The position numbers were made by a program, and so were the translations under genes. Of a stretch of DNA of 64,000 nucleotides, positions 19,673 to 29,409 are shown piece by piece. The stretch is taken from assembly GCA_041744215.1 (NCBI GenBank), contig JBGTLG010000039.1, positions 96,001 to 160,000 on the forward strand, written 5' to 3'. How positions within the stretch are numbered: the first letter of the stretch is position 1; the number at the start of each line of letters is the position of its first letter. Origin of the DNA: Fimbriimonadales bacterium. GTDB lineage: Bacteria; Armatimonadota; Fimbriimonadia; Fimbriimonadales; ATM1. The notes under the pieces are model-generated. The model made no database searches and had not been told where the DNA came from. It saw only the letters and a list, made by a program, of their open reading frames with translations.

Positions 19673-20680
19673 ATGCTGTTAGCAGCGACGATCCTGGCCC
19701 AGGCGTCGGCAGAGGTTCTGTCGCCGTCGCCGGCGGGCGCGCGTCTCGAGATACGGGAGTGGCCGGGAACGATCGCGAAGTGTCCGAAGTACGGCTGGGA
19801 GTTTCCGTTCGCGTACGAGGGTTGGGCTGGCTCCGGGGACGCGTCTGAGTTGCGGCTGCGAGTGTATGCGCAAAGCGTGAAGTCGGCGCCGATCGCCAAG
19901 TCTGCAACGCGGATGCTGTTGCGGCTATGGGAGATGTCGACGGTGAGGATTCGATTCGACCATCCCCTCATGTTCAAGAGTCTGATCGAGGTGTTCCTCT
20001 GCGACGGCGGAGCGGCCGGTGGTGAGCAAGGCATTTTCCACTATCCCGACGGCAGGTCGACTAGCGGCATCTATATCTATCATCTGGACTCGTTCACGGA
20101 CCCGGTCGAGCGAGCCAGAGAGATTGCCCACGAGTACGGACACGCGATACTGCCAAACACCCGCGGGTTTGAGACACCGGAAGAATTCGGAAATGGATTC
20201 CTCGGCGAGAAGCTGTTCTTGATGTGGCTGGTAGGCTCAATTGCAAAAGGCCACTTGACCATAGATGACGCGATGGGCGCTGACCTAACGGACTGGGTAA
20301 GGAAGAACGCTCATCCGCTTTCAGATTCTGTATGGCTTGGGGGTCCCAAGCAGTCGGCGTTGACCGGAAGCGGGCAGCGCGCTCTCGACGCGTACATCGG
20401 GACGCACCTATACTTCTGGGAGGCGTTTCCAAGCGCACTCGGTCGCGGGATGAAGCTTGCCGGGGGCCCAAGGGCGACAGACGTTCTCAAGGGGTTGCTC
20501 TACGCCATTGAGGAGATTGGCGACTGGGAGGTGTACGTTCCGGACCGGCTTCGCGGCAAGGAAGTTTGGCTGCCGGTCAATGGCTGGAAGGTATCGGGCG
20601 GATCGGTGGTGAGCCGAAGCGGCACTTGGGCAAAGATTCGGACTAGCAACGTCAAGCTAGAGGTCGTCAAACCTGACTAG
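19673..20680 (+). CDS. Secreted hypothetical protein with HEXXH motif
   Basis: Short signal MLLAATILAQ; REIAHEYGHAIL with a downstream Glu. Divergent from the atp cluster. Confidence 0.7.
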   Translation: MLLAATILAQASAEVLSPSPAGARLEIREWPGTIAKCPKYGWEFPFAYEGWAGSGDASELRLRVYAQSVKSAPIAKSATRMLLRLWEMSTVRIRFDHPLMFKSLIEVFLCDGGAAGGEQGIFHYPDGRSTSGIYIYHLDSFTDPVERAREIAHEYGHAILPNTRGFETPEEFGNGFLGEKLFLMWLVGSIAKGHLTIDDAMGADLTDWVRKNAHPLSDSVWLGGPKQSALTGSGQRALDAYIGTHLYFWEAFPSALGRGMKLAGGPRATDVLKGLLYAIEEIGDWEVYVPDRLRGKEVWLPVNGWKVSGGSVVSRSGTWAKIRTSNVKLEVVKPD

Positions 20681-21036
20681 CCGGTTTCTTTCGGCGTGAA
20701 ACTGGTTCCACATCCGCACCCACGGGCTGCGTTCGGATTTTCGAACTTGAACCCGCCACCAATCAGTTCGCCGGTAAAGTCCAGGGTGGCGCTCTTAAGG
20801 AACTGAGCAGATTTTGGGTCGATGACGACGCGGATGCCGTCGATCTGCGCCTCCAGGTCCCCATCTTTGTTTGTCGAATCCAGGCGCATGACGTATTCGA
20901 GCCCCGAGCATCCCCCGCCCTTCACACCAAGGCGAAGGAACTTGTCGCCGCCTGCCTTTTCGATCAGTTTACGAACTCGCGCGACGGCGGCCTCGCTGAG
21001 GCTCACAGGAAAATCAGTAAGTGATTTCGAATCCAT
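20677..21036 (-). CDS. A-type Fe-S cluster carrier (IscA/SufA/ErpA family)
   Basis: GGGCSGLEY and NPNAARGCGCGTSF. Confidence 0.93.
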   Translation of the reverse strand: MDSKSLTDFPVSLSEAAVARVRKLIEKAGGDKFLRLGVKGGGCSGLEYVMRLDSTNKDGDLEAQIDGIRVVIDPKSAQFLKSATLDFTGELIGGGFKFENPNAARGCGCGTSFTPKETG

Positions 21037-21123
21037 GTTCTTCAATTGTATTCAACGTTGAGGACTGTCCGCGCGATCCCCTGCGGGCAAGATTCCATCC
21101 TTTGGGCGTAGAATCCCGACTCA

Positions 21124-23142
21124 ATGACGGAGATTCCAACACGCGAGGAGTTCTTATTCCTCCCAGCTTGGCAAAAGACGCTGTTCTACGTCTTGATCTT
21201 CGGTTGTCTGGCGGTGCTGGCTTATCAAGTCTACATCCGCTTTAAGCTTTGGCGACAAGGCAAGCCCATTGACTGGAAACCTGATTATCTCGGCGGCGTC
21301 ATTCGTTACGTCCTGGGCCAGAAGAAGGTGAAGAGTTCGCGGCCCAAGAGTGGCGCGCCGATGCACCTGCTCATCTTCTATGGATTCTTGGCACTTTTCA
21401 TAGCGACGACGCTTCTCGCAGTCAACACTTATTCTCCGTGGAAGTTTCACCAGGGCACCTACTACCTCATCTACGAATTCACGTTCGATTGGCTGGGGCT
21501 ACTGCTCGTCATAGGGTTGGTTTGGGCACTTGGGCGGAGGTTGCTGTTCCGACCGCGCTCGGTGACCAACGATCCTGGCGATATCGCAGCTTTGCTCCTG
21601 CTGTTGGTCGTCGCCGTAACAGGGTACTTGGTAGAAGCAGCGAGAATGAGCGCGAATCCGAAGTGGTTCGACACTTCCGCTCCCGTAGGCTATTGGCTTT
21701 CAGGGTTGCTGGGCCCGATCTCTCCAGACGCTTACGTCGCGATTTGGTGGACGCACTCATTGTTAGTAATGGCGTTCATCGTGATGATTCCACGGCTAAG
21801 ACTGCGGCATATCGCATATGCGTTTTTTTCAGCTGCGGGTCGCGACCCTAACGCGAAGATGGGCGAACTAAGACCCATTTCGATGGAAGAGGTTGAGCAG
21901 ACCGGCAAAATCGGTGTAACTGACCATCGGGATTATTCGCGATGGCATCTGATGTCACTGGATGCCTGTATGGAATGCGGACGTTGCACTGATGTGTGTC
22001 CTGCGTGGAATGTTGGCAAAGTACTGAATCCGAAGCATGTCGTTCAAGACATTCGGTCGTCGATGACGGTTGGAAGGGGTGTCGCCGAAGCAGTCAGCGA
22101 GGAGGCTCTTTGGGCTTGCACGACCTGCAATGCTTGCGTTGAGGCGTGCCCTGTCTTGATTCGACACGTCGACTTGATTGTCGACGCGCGGCGGGGGCTA
22201 GTCGCAGAGGGACGATTGACGGGAACCGCCGCGACGATGTTGAGGCAAGTTCAATCGACTCACAGCGCATGGGGACAACCGAAGGAGGAGCGCGAAAAGT
22301 GGATGGGAGGACACAATGTTCCGCTCGCTCGCGATTTGGTTGCGCGCGGTGAGTCGTTTGACGTTTTGCTCTGGGTGGGGTGCGCGGGAACCACCGACCC
22401 GAACGCAATCAAGACTTATCGCAGTATTGCTGCGATGCTTCACAAATCGGGAGTTCGATTTGCATCGCTAGGGCGCGAGGAGATGTGCACCGGAGATCCG
22501 GCCCGAAGGGCTGGGGACGAATTCCTGTTTCAAGAAATGGCCGCTGCAAATATTGCCACGTTTGAAGGCTACGGTGTTAAGACCATTCTCACCGCATGTC
22601 CGCATTGCTTCAACACCATTAAGAACGAGTATCCCCAGTTTGCCGGCAACTACGAAGTGATGCACCACACCCAGTTTCTTGCGAAGTTAGTGACTGATGG
22701 TAGATTGAAATCGCCTTCGTTTGAAGCTGGATCAGTGACGATGCACGATCCCTGTTATCTTGCGCGAGTCAACAATGAAACGGATGCTCCAAGAATCGCG
22801 CTCGGAGTTCCTTCAGATCAAAACCTCTATGAGACGCCGATAGGAAAGTACTTGAACGAACCGGTGGAAGCTGGCAACGAATTGTCGGAGGTGGAGGCGC
22901 ACGGGAGGAAAACGCTTTGTTGTGGAGCGGGCGGAGCGCGGATGTGGATGGAGGAAGATGCGAATCAGCGGCCAGGGGAGCGGCGGGCGAAGCAGCTGCT
23001 GGACACAGGTGCGGAGACTGTAGCGCTCGGCTGCCCGTTCTGTCGAATCATGCTTGAGGCGAGTATGCAGAAGATTGCGCCTGAAGGCGCGCCACAGTTT
23101 AAGGACGTTGCCGAACTCCTGCACGAGGCGAATCGTGATTAG
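21124..23142 (+). CDS. Membrane-bound Fe-S oxidoreductase (FadF/HdrD-like: NarI-like TM + 2x[4Fe-4S] + two CCG domains)
   Basis: N-terminal TM helices; CMECGRCTDVCP, CTTCNACVEACP, CPHC, HDPCYL, CCGAGG, CPFC. Confidence 0.9.
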   Translation: MTEIPTREEFLFLPAWQKTLFYVLIFGCLAVLAYQVYIRFKLWRQGKPIDWKPDYLGGVIRYVLGQKKVKSSRPKSGAPMHLLIFYGFLALFIATTLLAVNTYSPWKFHQGTYYLIYEFTFDWLGLLLVIGLVWALGRRLLFRPRSVTNDPGDIAALLLLLVVAVTGYLVEAARMSANPKWFDTSAPVGYWLSGLLGPISPDAYVAIWWTHSLLVMAFIVMIPRLRLRHIAYAFFSAAGRDPNAKMGELRPISMEEVEQTGKIGVTDHRDYSRWHLMSLDACMECGRCTDVCPAWNVGKVLNPKHVVQDIRSSMTVGRGVAEAVSEEALWACTTCNACVEACPVLIRHVDLIVDARRGLVAEGRLTGTAATMLRQVQSTHSAWGQPKEEREKWMGGHNVPLARDLVARGESFDVLLWVGCAGTTDPNAIKTYRSIAAMLHKSGVRFASLGREEMCTGDPARRAGDEFLFQEMAAANIATFEGYGVKTILTACPHCFNTIKNEYPQFAGNYEVMHHTQFLAKLVTDGRLKSPSFEAGSVTMHDPCYLARVNNETDAPRIALGVPSDQNLYETPIGKYLNEPVEAGNELSEVEAHGRKTLCCGAGGARMWMEEDANQRPGERRAKQLLDTGAETVALGCPFCRIMLEASMQKIAPEGAPQFKDVAELLHEANRD

Positions 23143-23518
23143 AGGCTTAGGGATTGACGTTGTGGAGGTGCGGCGCATCGAACAGGCGATGGAAAATCCT
23201 CGATTTGTGGACCGAGTCCTGACCGCGCAGGAGCAACACCAACCGGTTACGGCGCCTTTTGTCGCTGGGCGCTGGGCGGCGAAGGAAGCCGTCGCGAAGG
23301 CGGTCACCGTTCGATTGCGATGGCACGACATTGAGATACTGAACGATGAGAATGGCAAGCCTTACGTTCGGTTTGCGACTCCCGACCACGAAGATCCGAC
23401 GATGACGCTTGCGCCTGTGCTACTCGAAGTTGGCTATCGCGTCGCTTCTCAGATTCACATATCGATATCTCATGAGCGCGGGATTGCCAGCGCGGTCGCG
23501 ATCTGGGAGGAGGACTGA
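23135..23518 (+). CDS. acpS: Holo-ACP synthase
   Basis: GLGIDVVE, AGRWAAKEAVAKA, ISISHE; GTG start overlaps the upstream gene end. Confidence 0.93.
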   Translation: MIRGLGIDVVEVRRIEQAMENPRFVDRVLTAQEQHQPVTAPFVAGRWAAKEAVAKAVTVRLRWHDIEILNDENGKPYVRFATPDHEDPTMTLAPVLLEVGYRVASQIHISISHERGIASAVAIWEED

Positions 23519-24120
23519 TGAGATTGGCTGTGATGGTCGGAGCGAAAGGCAGGGGCTCGAATATGAGCGCGATTTTGCGGGCATGCAGTTCTGGCCGTTT
23601 GGACGCAGAGTGCGGAGTCGTCATTGCACCCAGTAAGAACGTGCCGGCAATCGAAACCGCGAGCGAGATGAATGCGGAGGTTGCGGTCATTTCGCCAGAT
23701 GAATCCGCGTATGCCGATGCGCTTCTCAACATCTTGGAGTTGGAGCGAGTCGACTTACTTTGCCTTGCCGGCGTGACGCGTTTGCTTCCGCGCGAAGTCG
23801 TGCGGGCGATGCCTCGCAGGATTCTCAACATTCACCCCGCGCTGTTGCCGAAGTTTGGAGGCAAAGGGATGTATGGGTTGCGAGTTCATCAAGCTGTAAT
23901 CGACGCCGGCGAACGAGTGTCTGGATGCACAGTACACTATGTCACGGAAGAGTATGATGAGGGTGAGATATTGTTGCAAATGACGTGCCCATTGGACACC
24001 GCAGAAACGGCTGAGACGCTTGCGGCAAAGGTATTGGCGTTAGAGCACGAGTGTTATGTGAAAGCGATTCAGATGTGGATCGCGCACCGCTACAGCAGAG
24101 GTCGGAACGCGTCCTTGTAG
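23518..24120 (+). CDS. purN: Phosphoribosylglycinamide formyltransferase
   Basis: GRGSNM, LNIHPALLPKFGGKGMYG, SGCTVHYV...DEG. Confidence 0.95.
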   Translation: MRLAVMVGAKGRGSNMSAILRACSSGRLDAECGVVIAPSKNVPAIETASEMNAEVAVISPDESAYADALLNILELERVDLLCLAGVTRLLPREVVRAMPRRILNIHPALLPKFGGKGMYGLRVHQAVIDAGERVSGCTVHYVTEEYDEGEILLQMTCPLDTAETAETLAAKVLALEHECYVKAIQMWIAHRYSRGRNASL

Positions 24121-24443
24121 TGGTTTAGTTCCTCACCGTTTATCGCAACGACGTCAAAGCGACAGATGTGATCGGACTGGCCCACGTCAGCGAGGTACTG
24201 TTCCGCTGTAATCCACAATCGTTTTTGCTTTGCGGGCGTGACCGATTCCTCAGCCGTTTCCCATGCACCCTTCCTGCGTGATCGAACTTCGACGAATACG
24301 AGTTCGTCGCCGTCTTTGGCAACGATGTCGATTTCGGATGCACCCTTCTTGTAGTTGCGGGTAACGATGGAGTATCCAATTGCGAGCAGGAACTCGACTG
24401 CACGCTTCTCGCCGACGTCGCCTATCCCACGAAATCCAGACAC
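24090..24443 (-). CDS. yraN: YraN family (UPF0102) nuclease-like protein
   Basis: GE..A..FL...GY, EIDIVA, FVEVRSR, RFDVV; GTG start after GGAG; canonical rnhB-yraN pairing. Confidence 0.9.
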   Translation of the reverse strand: MSGFRGIGDVGEKRAVEFLLAIGYSIVTRNYKKGASEIDIVAKDGDELVFVEVRSRRKGAWETAEESVTPAKQKRLWITAEQYLADVGQSDHICRFDVVAINGEELNHYKDAFRPLL

Positions 24444-25036
24444 GGCTGCTCCAATACATTGCGGACTGGCGCGAAAGACGTTCTGTGTGCCGGGCATGGA
24501 CCAAACTCGCGAAGCGCCCAGAGATGCTCGGGGGTCGCGTAACCGAAATGGCGTTCAAATCCGTACTCTGGATACTCGTGCGCAAGACGGACCATCAACG
24601 CATCGCGGTAAGTCTTTGCAAGTACGCTGGCCGCTGCGATTTGTAGGAATCTGGAGTCGCCTTTGATCACGCACTCTACGGGAACCTCTAAACCTGGCGG
24701 GGGACGGTTGCCGTCGATTAGCGCTCCTCCAATCTGGCACTCCAGTCCCTCAACCGCGCGCCTCATCGCGGCCATAGTCGCCCAAAGGATGTTGAGATTG
24801 TCGATCTCGTGAGGATCAGCAAGCGAGATCGACCAGGTGCACTGAGATTGGATCGCGATCGCGGCATGCTCGCGAGCCGCCGGCGTCATCTGCTTGCTGT
24901 CCGTGAGGCCTTCGAAGCGAAAGCCGTCTGGTGCCAGCACAGCGGCAGCGACGACAGGACCAGCCAGGGGTCCCCGCCCCGCTTCATCAACTCCTGCCCA
25001 ACCAGGGCGGATCTCTAGTGCGGCTCTAGTGTGCAT
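24422..25036 (-). CDS. rnhB: Ribonuclease HII
   Basis: GVDEAGRGPLAGPV, DSK, IAAASVLAK. Confidence 0.96.
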   Translation of the reverse strand: MHTRAALEIRPGWAGVDEAGRGPLAGPVVAAAVLAPDGFRFEGLTDSKQMTPAAREHAAIAIQSQCTWSISLADPHEIDNLNILWATMAAMRRAVEGLECQIGGALIDGNRPPPGLEVPVECVIKGDSRFLQIAAASVLAKTYRDALMVRLAHEYPEYGFERHFGYATPEHLWALREFGPCPAHRTSFAPVRNVLEQPCLDFVG

Positions 25037-25094
25037 CCCGTCAAAAGACGGGCTAGTTTAGGCCGAAGCTTCGACTCCGCGCAACGGTTTGCCT

Positions 25095-25616
25095 TTAGAG
25101 TCCAGCTGCGCTTTTTGCTGAGCGCATGTCGTCCAGAAGTCTCTCGCCCTTATAGCCGACGACTTTGGAAACCTGGCTGCCATCTGGGGCTAAGAACCGG
25201 ATATCTGGAATTCCGCTGACTCCGTACTTCTGGGCAACCTTCGGCTGCTCATCGGTATCGATCTTGACAAGGATAAAGTCCTTGGCCGCTTCTTTGAACT
25301 GTTCGGTCGGGAAGACCTTGTCGACGTACATCTGGCATGGACCGCACCAGGTCGCCATGAAGTCGACCATCACCATCTTGTTCTCTGACTTTGCGAGCTT
25401 CATTGCCTCGTCCAGGTTTGTCATCCAAGCCCGGTCAGCCTGATGTTCAGCCCCGCCGCGGGCGTCCGTCCCCTCGCCGGCCTTGCCGGGCACCGTGGAT
25501 TCTGCGGTCACGACGGTAGGCTCACCGCTGTCGGCAATAGGTTCGGTTTCATCGCAGCCTCCCAGCGCGATTGAGGCGGCGACGGCGAGAGCGGAGAGGG
25601 TGAGTAAGGTCTTCAT
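25095..25616 (-). CDS. Thioredoxin-family lipoprotein
   Basis: Lipobox LGGC; WCGPC active site; cis-Pro GIP. Confidence 0.88.
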   Translation of the reverse strand: MKTLLTLSALAVAASIALGGCDETEPIADSGEPTVVTAESTVPGKAGEGTDARGGAEHQADRAWMTNLDEAMKLAKSENKMVMVDFMATWCGPCQMYVDKVFPTEQFKEAAKDFILVKIDTDEQPKVAQKYGVSGIPDIRFLAPDGSQVSKVVGYKGERLLDDMRSAKSAAGL

Positions 25617-25639
25617 AGTGTCATTCTCGGTACAAGTAG

Positions 25640-26329
25640 CTAACCTGTTCTACGGTTTTGGAGTTCCAGGCGATCCAGCGAGATGGGCCCTAGGCTCAAA
25701 TTGAAGACGTTCTCGAACGCGGCTTTAGCTTCACTCATCGCCTGGCTTCGGGTTATGTCCCGACCAGTTTCAACGGCAAGCGAGGTAACTCCACGGTCGG
25801 GAAGGCCGCAAGGGACGATCCAGTTGAATGGCGTGAGATCATTATTGCAGTTGAGGGCGATGCCATGAGTGCTGACCCATTTCGACACTTTGATTCCTAT
25901 TGCGGCGATTTTCTTTTCGCCAACCCAGACTCCAGTGTTCGGGGGGAAACGACGACCTTCCACACCGCACGCTGCAATGGTGCGAATCGTGGCTTCTTCG
26001 AGATCTCTGAGCCACTTGTGCAGGTCAGAGCCGTGGTCTCTCAGGCTGAAGATTGGATAAATCACGAGTTGGTCTGGGCCATGGTAGGTGATATCCCCAC
26101 CTCGATCAGTCGGCTGGATTGAAATGCCGCGTTCCTCGTAGTACTCTGAGTCGTAGAGAAGATTTTGCGGGTGGTAACTCGCACCGAGCGAGTAGACGGG
26201 GTCGTGCTCCACAAAGAGCAACGTGTCTCTGATATCGCCAGACGCTCTGCGAAGCGCCAGGCTCTTTTGCAATTGCCAGCACTGCGAATACTCGATTCGG
26301 CCGACGTCGATGAAATCTCCGTAACGCAA
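25640..26329 (-). CDS. lipB: Lipoyl(octanoyl) transferase
   Basis: EHDPVYSLG, RGGDITYHGP, KIAAIG, HGIALN, IVPCG; TTG start. Confidence 0.95.
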   Translation of the reverse strand: MRYGDFIDVGRIEYSQCWQLQKSLALRRASGDIRDTLLFVEHDPVYSLGASYHPQNLLYDSEYYEERGISIQPTDRGGDITYHGPDQLVIYPIFSLRDHGSDLHKWLRDLEEATIRTIAACGVEGRRFPPNTGVWVGEKKIAAIGIKVSKWVSTHGIALNCNNDLTPFNWIVPCGLPDRGVTSLAVETGRDITRSQAMSEAKAAFENVFNLSLGPISLDRLELQNRRTG

Positions 26330-26339
26330 CGTGAATCAT

Positions 26340-26415
26340 TGGCGCGCCCGAAGGGATTCGAACCCCCGACTTCCTCCTCCGGAGGGAGGCGCTCTATCCG
26401 CTGAGCTACGGGCGC
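26340..26415 (-). tRNA. tRNA-Arg (CCG)
   Basis: GCGCCCGTAGCTCAGCGGATAGAGCGCCTCCCTCCGGAGGAGGAAGTCGGGGGTTCGAATCCCTTCGGGCGCGCCA: anticodon CCG, encoded CCA. Confidence 0.96.
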
Positions 26416-26511
26416 GTCCGCGAAAAGTATGGCACAGCGGGACTTTCGGCCCCGATGCCGAATCCTGTCGACTGGGATTCTCGTGACTCCAGTAGACTCA
26501 CTGTCTAGATC

Positions 26512-28164
26512 ATGCGCAATTGCCTCATCATCTCTCTTGCCGTTGGGCTCACGTCCGTTGCTCTGTTCGCAGGTTTCCGCTGCACGCAGGCGCGCGTACA
26601 AGCGCAACTCGGCACAAAAACTCAAGAGTCAATCAAAGTCGAAAAAGGCGACATTTCGGTTACCGTTGTCGAAGGCGGAACGATCCAGGCGGCCCAAAAA
26701 GTGGAAGTGAAGAGTCGGGTTTCTGGGCGTGTGCTTCAACTCAATGTTCGGGAGGGTGACCGGGTTGAGCGGGGGCAGCTGATCGCCACCATCGACCCGC
26801 AAGAGATACGACTTCAAGTCGACCAAGCGAGCGCGCAATTGCGGGGGGCAGAAAGCGCTGCGCGGCGGGCACAACTAAGCATAGGACAGACCGAAAAAGA
26901 ATTGCGAACTCAAGTTGTCCAGAGCGAACAGCGTCTGATTCAAGCAGAGCGCGAGTGGAAGAGTCAGCCGGAATTGAGTCGCAATCAGACAGCACAGACT
27001 CGTATCGCATACGAAAACGCGGTTCGGAATCGCGAAACACTCGCAAACATCACGCATCCACAGGAGCGCGTTCGAGTCGACGCGTCGCTGCAGAGCGCAG
27101 AGATGCAGCACGCCAACGATAAGCGTGAATTGGATCGTAAGACGGCTCTATTGCAGCAAGGTTATGTTTCGCAACGAGAGGTCGACGCCGCGCGCTCGCA
27201 ACTATCTTCTTCGGAGAGCGCGCTCGTTCGGGCAAGAGACGAAGCGCGGCGGCTGACAGACAAACACGGTGCCGAATTGCGGAGTGCGGAGAACAACGTT
27301 CGCGAGGCAAAAGCCGCGCTTGATGTCGCGCTTACTCGTTCAAACCTTGACAAGAACAAGGAGCAGGTTTATCTCGACGCTAAGGCAGCCCACCAGCAGG
27401 CGAAAGCGAACCTGGCACGAGTTGAGTTAGAGCGCGCCTCATACCAGCAGGCGCTTGCTCAATCTGACCAGATTCGCGCTTCACTAGCCGAAGGACGCAG
27501 ACAGCTTGGCGAAACTGAGATACGCGCTCCCATGAGCGGCGTCGTCACAAAGCGACTTGTGGAACAGGGAGAGTTAGTTTCGGCGCTCAGCAGTTTTTCT
27601 GGTGGGACACCCATCGTCGAGATTGGGGACCTGTCCGACCTTCAAGTTGATTTAGAAGTTAATGAGATTGACGTCGCTAAACTCGCAGAGGGAATGCAGG
27701 CAGAGATTCAAGTAGATGCGCTACCCGATCGCAAGTTGAAAGGTGAAATCAAGCGGATCGCTCCGTCAAGCGCCGCAGATGCTGCTGGACAAGCAGCGGC
27801 TGTTGTCAGATTTCGGGTCGAGGTTCGCATCGAAGACGGAGACGAACGAATCAAGCCGGGAATGTCTGCGAGGTGCAGCATGAAGGCCGTTGACATTCGA
27901 GGCGTGTTGCGCGTGCCTATCGAGTATTTGGGTACGGATGACGAGGGCCGATTCGTCCTGATACAGCGTCAAGACGGCCAGGGTAAGCGGATTGACCCCG
28001 AAAAGCGCCGTGTCGATGTGGGTGCCTTCAGCGTGACCTTCGCTGAGATTCGGTCCGGCATCACCGAAGGGGAAACCATTGTCAAACCTGAATTCTCCGG
28101 CCCCCCCCGGATCGGAATGATGTCTGCCGGACCCGATTCCGGGGGCAGTGAGACGGACGAATGA
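26512..28164 (+). CDS. Efflux periplasmic adaptor subunit (MacA/HlyD family) with long coiled coil
   Basis: N-terminal anchor; lipoyl halves VKSRVSGRV...GDRVERGQ and IRAPMSGVV; VNEIDV; KPGMSA. Confidence 0.88.
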   Translation: MRNCLIISLAVGLTSVALFAGFRCTQARVQAQLGTKTQESIKVEKGDISVTVVEGGTIQAAQKVEVKSRVSGRVLQLNVREGDRVERGQLIATIDPQEIRLQVDQASAQLRGAESAARRAQLSIGQTEKELRTQVVQSEQRLIQAEREWKSQPELSRNQTAQTRIAYENAVRNRETLANITHPQERVRVDASLQSAEMQHANDKRELDRKTALLQQGYVSQREVDAARSQLSSSESALVRARDEARRLTDKHGAELRSAENNVREAKAALDVALTRSNLDKNKEQVYLDAKAAHQQAKANLARVELERASYQQALAQSDQIRASLAEGRRQLGETEIRAPMSGVVTKRLVEQGELVSALSSFSGGTPIVEIGDLSDLQVDLEVNEIDVAKLAEGMQAEIQVDALPDRKLKGEIKRIAPSSAADAAGQAAAVVRFRVEVRIEDGDERIKPGMSARCSMKAVDIRGVLRVPIEYLGTDDEGRFVLIQRQDGQGKRIDPEKRRVDVGAFSVTFAEIRSGITEGETIVKPEFSGPPRIGMMSAGPDSGGSETDE

Positions 28165-29393
28165 ACCTGACGCAGTCGTTCCTGATTGCGTTGGATATGT
28201 TACGCTTGCACAAGTTGCGGGCGTTTTTAACGATGCTGGGCGTCATCATCGGGGTGATGAGTGTCACGCTGATCGTGATGCTTTCAGAAGGCTTTAGGCA
28301 GTATCTGAATACGGAGTTTGGCAAGCTTGGGGCCGACACGATCATCATCATGTACGACCCGGGCCGGAGGATGCGGGGCCAAACGACCGGTGGTGTCGAT
28401 GGGCTCAAGTTGTCCGACATTGATTACGTTCTTCAGAGATCAAAGACAGTTGACATCGCAAGCGGCTTCAACATGTATCCAGGTCAATCTGTCACTTATC
28501 TGGATCGAGAGGTTTCGGACTCAGAGATTAATGCGATCGATGGAAACTTTCTCGCGTTGAATCGCTTCAATGTCGCCGAGGGCCGGTTGATTACTGAGAA
28601 CGATGTTTTGTTTCGGAACAACGTCGTTCTCATCGGAGAAGAGATCAAGGATCGGCTCTTTCCTAATGAAGAGGCACTCGGCAAGATGGTCAATCTGCGA
28701 GGCATCACTCTTGAGGTTGTTGGGGTGTTGGAGACCATTGAGATACTTGGGCAATCATCCAAGAAGGACGTCATGGTTCCATTGTCGACCGTTCAGGACA
28801 AATGGATGGGCGGCGACAATCTGATGATGATCATGGTTCGTCCCAGGAGCGGCTACACCGTCGATCAGACGATGGATGAGGTGTGGCAGATCATGATGCA
28901 GAAGTCGAACAATCGGCCCATTTATCGTGTCGATTCGCGGCAGTCAATTCTAGAAGTGCTGGGGAGCGTCATTGGTGTCGCTGGAATCGTGTTAGGTGCA
29001 ATCGCCGCACTGTCACTACTTGTGGGAGGAATCGGGATCATGAACATCATGCTGGTCAGCGTCACGGAGCGGACGCGAGAGATTGGTTTACGAAAGGCAG
29101 TGGGCGCGAAGCGTGCCGCGGTTTTGACGCAGTTTCTTGTGGAATCCGCGGTTCTGTCCTTGACGGGGGGAGCACTTGGCATGGTGTTTGGATGGCTAAT
29201 CGGCCAAGCCGTGTCTGCGATAACCGCGTCCGCGAATCTCCTTGGACCGGGTCAGGGATTCGACGTCGCGTTTCCAATCTGGGCAGCGATGTTCGCCCTT
29301 GCGTTCTCGGCGTTGGTCGGGATCGTCTTCGGTATCTACCCGGCGTGGAGCGCATCCAGCCTCGATCCGATTGACGCTCTGAGGTCGGAATAG
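28161..29393 (+). CDS. MacB-type ABC transporter permease
   Basis: KLRAFLTMLGVIIGV, GGIGIMNIMLVSVTERTREIGLRKAVGA, LDPIDALR; ATGA overlap with the adaptor gene. Confidence 0.93.
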   Translation: MNLTQSFLIALDMLRLHKLRAFLTMLGVIIGVMSVTLIVMLSEGFRQYLNTEFGKLGADTIIIMYDPGRRMRGQTTGGVDGLKLSDIDYVLQRSKTVDIASGFNMYPGQSVTYLDREVSDSEINAIDGNFLALNRFNVAEGRLITENDVLFRNNVVLIGEEIKDRLFPNEEALGKMVNLRGITLEVVGVLETIEILGQSSKKDVMVPLSTVQDKWMGGDNLMMIMVRPRSGYTVDQTMDEVWQIMMQKSNNRPIYRVDSRQSILEVLGSVIGVAGIVLGAIAALSLLVGGIGIMNIMLVSVTERTREIGLRKAVGAKRAAVLTQFLVESAVLSLTGGALGMVFGWLIGQAVSAITASANLLGPGQGFDVAFPIWAAMFALAFSALVGIVFGIYPAWSASSLDPIDALRSE

Positions 29394-29409
29394 ACCTCAG
29401 GGCCGCTTG

